Below are positions 7,887 through 16,441 of a stretch of DNA of 20,000 nt, in pieces. The notes beneath the pieces are model-generated. The model was not told where the DNA came from. It made no database searches and saw nothing but the letters and a program-made list of their open reading frames with translations. The stretch covers positions 53,033-73,032 of the forward strand of contig JWZX01003273.1 of NCBI GenBank assembly GCA_001275005.1. Reading direction: 5' to 3'. The translations under genes were made by a program, and so were the position numbers. Source of the DNA: Chrysochromulina tobinii. Lineage: Eukaryota. The first letter of the stretch is position 1. Each line of letters starts with the position of its first letter.

Positions 7887-10800
7887 ATGGCGCTCGATGC
7901 GTCGATGCTGCAGCAATTCGAGATGATGCTCCAGGCCCTATTGTGAGCGCAGCGGCCTCTATCGCTGCCGCGCCGCTGCGCTGCGTCCTCGGCCGAAACC
8001 CCGAGCGACCCCTGCACTGCAATCCACACGGTTGGGAGACCCGAGCCCTCTGCGCCGCTAGCGCATCTGCGCTGGCAGCTGGGTTCTGCGCCTGCGGCAC
8101 GGCAGCTCAGCTTCGCTACTCGACGCCGCCCGTACACTCACGCTGTCACACGCATGCTCGCTCTCCTCTCGCCTCGGCGTCCTTCAGGTCCCAGGACAAC
8201 TCCATCCGCAGGCAAGCTGAGGAGGCGTTTGAGCAAGCCAAGGCCAATAAAGATGCGCTCTTCAGTGGGCTGGTGCACATGCTGTGCACCAACCAGGCCG
8301 AGGAGGTGCGCGCGCTCTGCGCGGTGCTGCTGCGCAAGTCGGTCATGGCCTGCGCGACCCAGGCGCAAGGCTCATTGATCAGCTTGCTCTCACCAGCGGT
8401 CGGCCAGGCGCTCAAGTCACACCTGCTCGCGTGCATCCAGAGCGAGCCGAAAAAGCACATTCGCAAGAAGGTATGCGATGCCGTCGGCCAGCTGGGCATC
8501 AACCTGCTCAACGCGGACCAGCAAAATGGGTGGCCCGAGCTGCTGCCCTTCATGCTGCAGGGCACGCGCAGCGGCGATGCCAACATGCACGAGGCGTCGC
8601 TCACCATCTTCAACGCGCTCGCCGACTTCATGTGCGAAAAAATGGTGCCGTACCACGCTACGCTGCTCGAGGTCTTCCGCGGCTCGCTGCAGACCGACCA
8701 GCCCATGGCCGTGCGCATCGCTGGCCTCAAGGGGCTCGCCTCCTTTTTGCTCGCCCTCCAGTCCGCCGACACGCGCAACCACTTCCAGGAGCTCGTGCCG
8801 CTGATGCAGCAAGCGATCGCGCAGGCGCTCACGTCGGGCGAGGAGGAGTCGTGCCGGAGCGCGCTCGAGGTCTTCGTCGAGATCGCCGAGTCGCAGCCCA
8901 AGTTCCTCAAGCGGCACCTGCACGAGGCGGTGAACGGCATGGTCGCGATCGCCTCCAACACGAGCCTCGAGGACGCGACGCGTCACCTGGCGCTCGAGTT
9001 CCTCCTCACGGTGGCTGAGAACATGACGAGCGCCGCGAAGAAGCTCGACCGCTTCTGCGAGACCACCGTGCCCGTTGCGCTATCGATGATGCTCGAGATC
9101 GACATGAATACCGCCGAGGAGCTCGCGGAGTGGGAGGAGCGTGAGGAGGACGATGAGGATGAGGAGATCACCAACTACGATGTGGGCGAGGAGGCGATTG
9201 ACAGGCTGGCGATCGCGCTCGGGGGCAAACTGATGGTGCCCGTGCTCTTCGAGAAGATCCAGCAACTCATCAAGTCCCCCGACTGGAAGCACCGGCACGC
9301 TGCCCTCATGTCCATCTCGCAGTCGGGCGAGGGCTGCGAGATGGCCATGAAGGCCAATCTCCAACAGATTGTCACGATGATCGTGGGTCACTTCCGCGAC
9401 GAGCACCCGCGCGTGCGCTGGGCGGCCATCAACACGGTGGGCCAGATGTGCACCGACTTTGGGCCCGATCTGCAGGAGGAGCTACACGAGCTTGTGCTGC
9501 CCGCCCTCATCGCGACGATGGACGACGGGTGCAAGCGCGTGCAGGCGCATGCGGCCGCCGCGGTGATCAACTTCTGTGAGCACTGCTCGAAGCCGACGCT
9601 GAAGCGGTACCTGCCCGACTTGCTCGGCAAGCTCATGGTGCTGCTGCAGCGCAACGTGCGCCGCGTCACCGAGCAGGCGGTCACCGCGATCGCCTCGGTG
9701 GCCGATGTGGCTGAGGAGGACTTCGCACCGTATTACGGCTCCTTCATGCCGGGGCTCAAGCAAATCCTACAGCTGGCGGGTGGCAAGCAGTTCCGCATGC
9801 TGCGCGGCAAGGCCATGGAGTGCATCTCGCTCATCGGCGTCGCCGTGGGCGACGCGGCCTTTGAGCCCGACGCCAAGGAGGTCATGGACCTCATTATCCA
9901 AACTCAGCAGACGGAGGCGCTCGACCCAGACGACCCGCAGATCCAATTCATGCTGCAGGCGTGCGGGCGCATCTGCAAGTGCCTGGGCGAAAAGTTCTCG
10001 CCTTACCTGCCGTACGTGATCCCGCCGTTGCTGCGCTCGGCGCTCGTCGACCCCGAGCTCCACGTCACCGACGCTGACGACGAGGACGAGGTCGAGGCCG
10101 AGGAAGGAATGGAGAGCGTGACTGTAGCCATCCGGGGGCAGGGCAACAAGCGCATCACCATACGGACTTCAGCGCTTGAGGAGAAGGCGACGGCGTGCCA
10201 CATGCTGCGCACGTATGCGCTCGAGCTCAAGGACGCCTTCTTTCCACACGTGGCTGACGTGGCGCGAGTGCTCGTGCCTCTCATCGGGTTCCAGTACATG
10301 GACGAGGTGCGCGTGAACGCGTGCCACGCGATGCCCGACCTGCTCGACAGCGCCATCCTCGCGCTACAGAAGGGCGCGCCCTCGGCCACCCCGGACGTGG
10401 TCCACCAGCTCAAGGGCTACCTGTACAAGGCGGTCATTGATCAGCTTCACAAGGAGCCTGACACGGAGACGCTCGCGGAGCTGCTCACCGCGTGGTGCGA
10501 GATCATCAAGCATGGTGAGGAGTGCGACGCGGCGAAGCTCACTCCCGAGGAGCTGCAGCAGTCGTTTGAGGTGGTCAAAGAGCTTGTGGTCGAGGTGATC
10601 GAGCGCCGCGATGAGCGTTCGAAGGCCGCAGGGGACGAGGAGGGCGACGACGAGGAGGAGGACGCGCGCGAGGCCGACGCCATCAACGACGAGAATCTGA
10701 TCTCGACGCTTGTCGAGTGCCTGGGTACGCTCTTCAAAGTGTATGGCTCGCCGCTACTCCCGCTCTTCCAGGCGCAGCTGCAGCCCATCGTGCAGGCCAT

Positions 10801-11497
10801 GCTGCAGCCCACCGCGGCCGAGCCCGACCGTGTCGCTGCACTCTGCGTCTTCGACGACATCATCGAGCATTGCTCGGCCGACGGCGGCGCGACCGAATAC
10901 GCGCGCACCCTCTTGCCCGCCTATCTTCAGTACGCGCGCGACCCGAAACCCGAGGTGCGCCAGGCGGCGGTGTACGGGCTGGGCGTGCTCGCTGCGTGCG
11001 ACAACGGCGCCGCCTTTGGCGCGGCCCAGCAGCAGCAGGCGGCCCAGGTGCTCATCGAGGTGTTCGAAGCGGAACAGGCCTTTGATGAAGATAACGCGTC
11101 CGCCTCGGACAACGCGGTCTCCGCCCTAGGCAAGCTGTGCGCGCGTACGCCCGAGATTGGCGCCGTCGGCTGGCCGCGCTGGCTCAATGTGCTGCCGATA
11201 CGCGCGGACAAGGAGGAGGCGTGGAAGGTGCACCAGCAGCTCGTACAGCTCGTCGAGGCCTCGAACACCGCCGTCATGGGTGCCTCGATGGAGCGGCTGC
11301 CCGACATCATCTGCATCTTTGGCGAGATCCTAGGCACCGATCTTATCGAGCCTGGCCTCGAGCTGCGCATCACGCACCTGCTCAAGCAGGTGCGCGACGG
11401 CCTGCCGCAGGTGCTCTCGGCGCTGCCGAGCCACCCGAGGTTTGCGAGGCTGAAGCCCAACCAACGAACCCAACTTGAGCGGGCCCTCTCCAGCTGA
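7887..11497 (+). CDS. IPO5: Importin-5 / karyopherin beta-3 (Kap121/Pse1 family); 2 exons (7887-7942, 8188-11497), 1121 aa
   Basis: Splicing gives MALDASMLQQFEMMLQALLSQDNSIRRQAEEAFEQ. HEAT-repeat motifs include GEEAIDRLAIALGGK, WKHRHAALMSISQSGEGC, HPRVRWAAINTVGQMCTDFGPDLQ, RVQAHAAAAVINF, RMLRGKAMECISLIGVAVG, IRTSALEEKATAC and VRQAAVYGLG. Confidence 0.96.
7943..8187 (+). other. Importin-5 intron (245 nt, phase 2)
   Basis: CTATT|GTGAGC...CTCTCCTCTCGCCTCGGCGTCCTTCAG|GTCC; pyrimidine-rich acceptor; restores LLSQDN. Confidence 0.9.
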
Positions 11498-11560
11498 AGG
11501 CTCTCGACGAAACTGACTGACTCAGTTTCGTCATGCTGCCCGCTCCAGCTGAAGGCTCTC
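11488..11560. repeat. 18-bp direct repeat flanking an 11-bp-stem hairpin at the importin-5 stop codon
   Basis: ctccagctgaaggctctc at 11488-11505 and 11543-11560; gacgaaactga (11506-11516) and tcagtttcgtc (11522-11532) are perfect inverted arms. Confidence 0.9.
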
Positions 11561-12208
11561 CGGTGGCAGCATGCAGTCGACAGTGCACGTGGGCAGCACG
11601 ACACATACAGCAGCAGCAGCCGCCAACAGAGAAGTTCGCATCAAGCAAGATGCAATGTCCTTTGGGTAGAGCTGAGCGGGGCGGGGCAGTGGGCACAAGA
11701 GCATGCCGCGACGTGCGTGCGTGCCGCGGGGTTTGGAGTGCGAGAGACTTGTCTGTCAGTCTCGTGATGTCTCGCCATATGCATATCGGCAGCGGAACGA
11801 TCCGGCTCCCTACGGCGCGGTGCGCCCGAGTGTGTTTGGCTGCGGAAATTTGAGACGTATCGTTCGGACGTTCGGTTGGTCGCCGCGCGCGACACTCGCG
11901 CGGCCATTGTCAATCAATTTATTACCGGTAAATTACCGGACGATTCGCATTCGGCGAGGCGGACGGGTCCGCGGCCGGGCGCCGCCCTTGGGGGGCGAGG
12001 GAGCCGGAGAGCCCGGTCCCGTGGGACCGCGCCGCGCGCCCAGCCGTACGGTGGTCCGCCAGTCGTCGCGCGGCCGCCGCGGTCTACGATAAGGTGATAT
12101 CTAGCCTAAACGTCGTCGTCGCGGGGTCGCGGTCCTCTCTGGCATCGTTCATCTTGAGATCTCGTGTGTTTCGTCACATCGCCGCCTCTGGGCCCGGCGC
12201 GTCCGCAT

Positions 12209-14272
12209 TTAGTCCGCCTTCGCAGTGGCGGCAGAGGCGGCAGTGGCGGCAGTGGCATACGGGCGCACCAGGTCGAGGAGCAGCGCGTTGACGTTGGGCA
12301 GCATGGTTCGCGGGTCGTCCAGCAGCCCCGCAGCAATGAGCGCGTTGGCAAAGAGCTGCGACGCCACCTTGCTCGCCATCTCGGGCTCGACTTTGCGCGC
12401 CGCCGCGAGCGCGACGATAATCGGGTGGCCACCGTTGATCTCAAGCGTCTGCGGCGGCAGCGCGGGCGCGCGTCCCGACTCGACCATGGTCATCATGCGG
12501 CGCATCGAGGCGGACTCGTGCCCGACGACGATGGCGGGCGAGTCGACGAGCCGCGACGAGAGCTTCACCTCCTTGACGCCATCGACAGCCTTCGTCATCC
12601 ACTCCTGCAAGCCCTTGGCCTCCTCCACACTCAACTTGGCTGCGCCCGACGCGCTGCTGTCCTCGACGGCGAGCTTGGCCGCCTCGGCCGAGATGAGCGA
12701 TTTGCCGCTGTACTGCATCAGGTTGGTCATCACGAACTCGTCCACCGTTGAGTAGAGGAGGAGCACCTCGACGCCCTTGGCTTTGAAGGACTCCATGTAC
12801 GCGGACGAGAGCGCGGAGTCGCGAGAGGGCGCCAGAAGCCAAAAGATCTCGTCGCCTTGTTCGGGCTTCATGCGCCCGACGTAGTCGTCCAGCGAGATGA
12901 GCTCGCCCGGCGTGCCGCGCGACGACTCGAAGCGCAGCAACTTGGCGATCTCGTGTTTGTTGTCGAAGTCGGTGTACACGCCCTCTTTGAGGTACTGGCC
13001 GAACTCTTGGTAGAAGGAGATGAAGGCTGCCTGGTCGATCTTGGCGCGCTCTTGCAGGAACTTGACGACGCGCTTGGCGAGCACGGTGGAGAGCTTGCGC
13101 ATGAGGAGCGAGTCCTGCATCGTCTCGCGCGAGATGTTCAGCGGCAGGTCCTCCGAGTCGACCACGCCCTTGAGGAAGCGCATCCATTCGGGAAGCAAAG
13201 TCTCGCAGCGGCTCTGGATGAGTACCTTGCGCGAGTACAGGTGCACGCCTCGGTCCTGGCGCGCCATGCCCCACTTCTCCATGTGGCTCTGCGGCACGTA
13301 GAAGAGCGCGCGGATCGAGAGCGGCGAGTCCGCCTGGAAGTGCAGCGTGTACCGCGGGTCATCGAAAGCCTGCGCAACGTACCGGTAAAAATCGGCGTGC
13401 TGCTCGACGGTCACCTCGTTCTTCGATTTGGTCCACAGCGCCTCGAGCGTATTGACGCGCGTGCCGTCGACGGTGATCGGAAATCCCACGAAGTTGGAGT
13501 ACTTGCGGATGTTCTGCTCGATGTGGAAGCGCTGCGAAAAGTTGGTCTCGGTGGACTTGAGCTTGAGAACGATGGTCGTGCCCGGCTCCACGTTGGTCGC
13601 CTCAGAGAGAGCGTACGATCCGTCACCCGTCGAGCGCCAGCAATGCGCCACGTCGGAGCCGTGCTTGCGCGAGTACACGGTCACCTCGTCGGCCACCATG
13701 AAGACGGCGTAGAAGCCCACGCCGAACTGGCCGATGACGTTGGCCGCCGCCTCGCCTTTCTCCTGCAGGTTTTGTGCGAACGCCTTGGTGCCCGAGCGCG
13801 CGATGGTGCCGAGGTTATCGATGAGCTCCTCGCGCGACATGCCGATGCCTGTGTCGGCGATCGTCAGCGTGTTCGCGTCCTTGTTCGTCGTGATCGATAT
13901 TTCCATATTTGACCCAGCCTCCTCGCCACCACCACCTCCGCCCGTCAGTGCTGCGTACCGGCGCTTCTCAAGCGCGTCGGACGCGTTCGAGACGAGCTCG
14001 CGCACAAAGACCTCTTTGTCCGTGTACAGCGAGTTGGCCACGATGCTGAGCAGCCTCTTCGTCTCAGCTTGGAACTCCATCGATTGCGATCCGGTCGACG
14101 TTGCTGACGGCGTGGCCTTCGGCACTTCCTTCGCCTCGGCAGGAGAGGTCTCTGTCGACAGGCAGCGACGTGCAAGCGTGAGCTGCGGCGACTGGCCTTG
14201 CAACCGGCTGCGCGAGAGCAGCGACGGCAGGAGCGCCGTGCGCGGCCGGAGACCAGAGCGGAATGCCCGCAT
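12209..14272 (-). CDS. TRAP1: Mitochondrial Hsp90 (TRAP1/Hsp75), 687 aa, intronless
   Basis: ATG 14272 (ATAAAAATG) is followed by an Arg/Ser/Leu-rich, acid-free transit peptide (MRAFRSGLRPRTALL...RRCLST). Hsp90 motifs: FQAETKRLL, RELVSNASDALEK, DTGIGM, LGTIARSG, IGQFGVGFY, GVVDSEDLPLNISRE. No charged linker and no MEEVD or ER-retention signal. Confidence 0.95.
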   Translation of the reverse strand: MRAFRSGLRPRTALLPSLLSRSRLQGQSPQLTLARRCLSTETSPAEAKEVPKATPSATSTGSQSMEFQAETKRLLSIVANSLYTDKEVFVRELVSNASDALEKRRYAALTGGGGGGEEAGSNMEISITTNKDANTLTIADTGIGMSREELIDNLGTIARSGTKAFAQNLQEKGEAAANVIGQFGVGFYAVFMVADEVTVYSRKHGSDVAHCWRSTGDGSYALSEATNVEPGTTIVLKLKSTETNFSQRFHIEQNIRKYSNFVGFPITVDGTRVNTLEALWTKSKNEVTVEQHADFYRYVAQAFDDPRYTLHFQADSPLSIRALFYVPQSHMEKWGMARQDRGVHLYSRKVLIQSRCETLLPEWMRFLKGVVDSEDLPLNISRETMQDSLLMRKLSTVLAKRVVKFLQERAKIDQAAFISFYQEFGQYLKEGVYTDFDNKHEIAKLLRFESSRGTPGELISLDDYVGRMKPEQGDEIFWLLAPSRDSALSSAYMESFKAKGVEVLLLYSTVDEFVMTNLMQYSGKSLISAEAAKLAVEDSSASGAAKLSVEEAKGLQEWMTKAVDGVKEVKLSSRLVDSPAIVVGHESASMRRMMTMVESGRAPALPPQTLEINGGHPIIVALAAARKVEPEMASKVASQLFANALIAAGLLDDPRTMLPNVNALLLDLVRPYATAATAASAATAKAD

Positions 14273-14443
14273 TTTTATCCGGCCACGTGGCTTCGAGGTT
14301 CGAAGACCCAGCTTAACGTTTTCCTGTTCACACGGCGGAGACGGCACACACTTAAGACTCCCCAATACTCTCGCTAATTCTCAGGGCCTCTTTTTACGTC
14401 CCCCCCCCAACCTCCCCCCCCAATACTTCGTGTACAAGTAGTG
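14273..14443. promoter_or_regulatory. Short divergent intergenic region (putative bidirectional promoter) with C9-AACCT-C8 tract
   Basis: 171 bp between TRAP1 ATG (-) and LRR gene ATG 14444 (+); poly-C tracts at 14400-14408 and 14414-14421. Confidence 0.5.
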
Positions 14444-15697
14444 ATGGCGAGTTGGGCTTCAGGAGCAACAGGTGGACCAACCGCGGCCACAGCAGAGCGC
14501 GATTTCGTGGACATATCATGTATTGGCTCCTTCCGTGAGTTGTCAAGCGATTGGGAATTGCCAAGCGACTCGGGAAATACCCAAGACATTGAGGTGGGCG
14601 TGGAGCTCACCTCCCTATCGCGACACCGGAAGTGCGATACTGTGCGGCGGCTGCCGTCCACCGGCCCCGACAGCTCAGACTTCTCTGGACATTCTCGAAT
14701 TGATTGGGATGACCCCATTGCCACTCATAAGATCCTGAGCCGGGTGAGGAGCCATCTGGCCGCGTCCTTGGAGGCAGCTGCAGCCCCGCCCGCGATGGCT
14801 CGGGAAAACTCCGAGAGCGGCTCGCAGATCCAGATCCTGCCCCAGGTAGCGCCCGCAGCAGAGCTGCAGCTCGCCGACATGTTGTTGCCGCACGTTGAGC
14901 AGCCTGTCGCCGCGGAAGCGGATGTGACACGCGCTCTCGCAAAGCTGAGACCTTCTTTGTCGGCGGTGCTCAGGATGAACGGGGCATCTGAAGAATCGTC
15001 AAGGACACCAAGGTGGGCGAGCGGGTCGCTCACGTGCAGTGCGCGATCACTTGACTCGTTCTCCGGCGTGCTGCGCAATCTGCACGACCTCGACTGCGCA
15101 GCGCTCGCCGTGCTGCTCACTCCGACACGGCTGCCGGCCCTCACGAAAATCGATCTCTCATACAACAAGCTCGGCGACGGCGGCGCGATGGCGCTGGGCC
15201 GAGCCCTTTCAGGCGGTGCGCCACGGCTGACGAAACTGTGGCTGCACGAGAACTCTATCGGAAGCGTTGGGTTTGCTGCCTTGAGTGACGCCATGCGGCT
15301 GGGCGGCGCGCCCGCGATCGAGGAGGTGCGCATCCAGCACAACTGCGTGGGGGATCAAGGTGCCACGAGCTTCGCCCGCGCGTGGGCTGCGGGCGGCTGC
15401 CGCGCGCTGCGTGAGGTGCACGCGCGGGCGAACAATATTGGCTCGGTCGGTCTCAATGCACTCGCCCGGGAGCTTCATGAAGTGCCCAACCTTGTCCTTC
15501 TCTATTTGGGCGGACCTCTCGGGGGCAACCTGGTCAGCGACGAGGGCGCGGATGCGCTTGCTGCCGCACTGCGTATGAACACCGGGCGCGCGATCACGGT
15601 GCACCTCGCAAACAACCCGCACATCTCCTCGAGCGCCGCCGAACGGCTACTGCAGGCAGCCCGCGACTGCGGCCCCAGCATCAAGGTCGTCTGTTGA
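14444..15697 (+). CDS. RNI-like (ribonuclease-inhibitor/NLRC3-type) leucine-rich repeat protein, about 417 aa
   Basis: C-terminal repeats of about 28-31 aa: LTKIDLSYNKLGDGGAMALGRAL, LTKLWLHENSIGSVGFAALSDAM, IEEVRIQHNCVGDQGATSFARA, LREVHARANNIGSVGLNALAREL, LVLLYLGG...GNLVSDEGADALAAAL. The N-terminal half is unassigned and the true start is uncertain. Confidence 0.85.
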   Translation: MASWASGATGGPTAATAERDFVDISCIGSFRELSSDWELPSDSGNTQDIEVGVELTSLSRHRKCDTVRRLPSTGPDSSDFSGHSRIDWDDPIATHKILSRVRSHLAASLEAAAAPPAMARENSESGSQIQILPQVAPAAELQLADMLLPHVEQPVAAEADVTRALAKLRPSLSAVLRMNGASEESSRTPRWASGSLTCSARSLDSFSGVLRNLHDLDCAALAVLLTPTRLPALTKIDLSYNKLGDGGAMALGRALSGGAPRLTKLWLHENSIGSVGFAALSDAMRLGGAPAIEEVRIQHNCVGDQGATSFARAWAAGGCRALREVHARANNIGSVGLNALARELHEVPNLVLLYLGGPLGGNLVSDEGADALAAALRMNTGRAITVHLANNPHISSSAAERLLQAARDCGPSIKVVC

Positions 15698-16017
15698 ACT
15701 TTTTCAAGGGTGTCGCGCTGAATTTCAACGGATTCATACAAGATCCATGTTATGTGTCAGAAACGAACACGTCAATCAACCGATGTGTGTTGATTTACCG
15801 GTTCGTTCTCGACGGTGAAAAACTCTCACCTCACACTCCGAGAGCACACCGCACAGAGCTGACCCCGCAGGCCGCACCCGGCGACGAGACCCCGGCGCGC
15901 TGAGTTTCCGCGCTCTGACGGCTGTGGTGTGACGGTCCCGGCTCCGCCCGCGGGCGACCGGCCCGGCCGCGACGCGGACCGGTCTGAGTCGCTGAGATGT
16001 GAGAACGCAACCGTCCT

Positions 16018-16240
16018 ACCGTCGCGCGCGCGCGCCGCGCGGTACGGCGCGGCGGAGTCGCGGAGAACCGAACGGGACGGAGGCCGGGCGTGATCCGAGA
16101 GCCTCCGGTCCGCGCCGCCGCACGCCCGGCACAGGACGGCACCTGCTCCGTCAGGCGGCGGAGCCGAACCCGGGCGCCGAGAGCCGCAGGCCGGCAGCCG
16201 GCGCGCCACCGCGCACCGGCGGCGGCGCGCGCGCGACGGT
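16018..16240. repeat. Inverted repeat (16-bp perfect arms, imperfectly extendable inward) in a CG-rich intergenic block
   Basis: accgtcgcgcgcgcgc (16018-16033) is the reverse complement of gcgcgcgcgcgacggt (16225-16240). Confidence 0.7.
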
Positions 16241-16441
16241 GATCGGGTCGGACCGGTGAACCATGATCGGCCGCTAACCGATGTGCCGCACCGCACTCGA
16301 TTAACACAAACATCGAACTATTCGGGGGGGCGGCGACCCGCGGACGCGTGTGTGCCCGGGATTTACGGGGGCATTTGCGGAAGTGCACGAGAGCGCGACC
16401 CCAGCGCGACCCCGGTGCGATCTATAGACACAGTCGATCAC

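Noticed and set aside
7856..8187. ORF-track N-terminus of the 1213-aa ORF (MREVLPIAY...)
   Set aside because: Starts at GTG and reads through the intron. The spliced exon 7887-7942 gives the proper importin-5 N-terminus.
11491..11540. Hammerhead-ribozyme-like words (CUGA..., GAAAC...GUU) or a SECIS element at the IPO5 stop
   Set aside because: Core reads CUGAAGG rather than CUGANGA, no stem II or stem I can be formed, and there is no SECIS quartet geometry
1983..14272. Functional cluster of proteostasis/trafficking genes (TPR, VHA-c, IPO5, TRAP1)
   Set aside because: Products act in different compartments and TRAP1 lacks the EEVD tail bound by TPR clamps; adjacency in a compact genome needs no functional explanation
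14273..14365. N-terminal extension of TRAP1 in the ORF track
   Set aside because: Non-ATG start; ATG 14272 directly precedes a typical mitochondrial transit peptide
15826..16388. Arg/Ala/Pro-rich ORFs in the CG-rich intergenic block
   Set aside because: Composition-driven open frames with no recognisable domain
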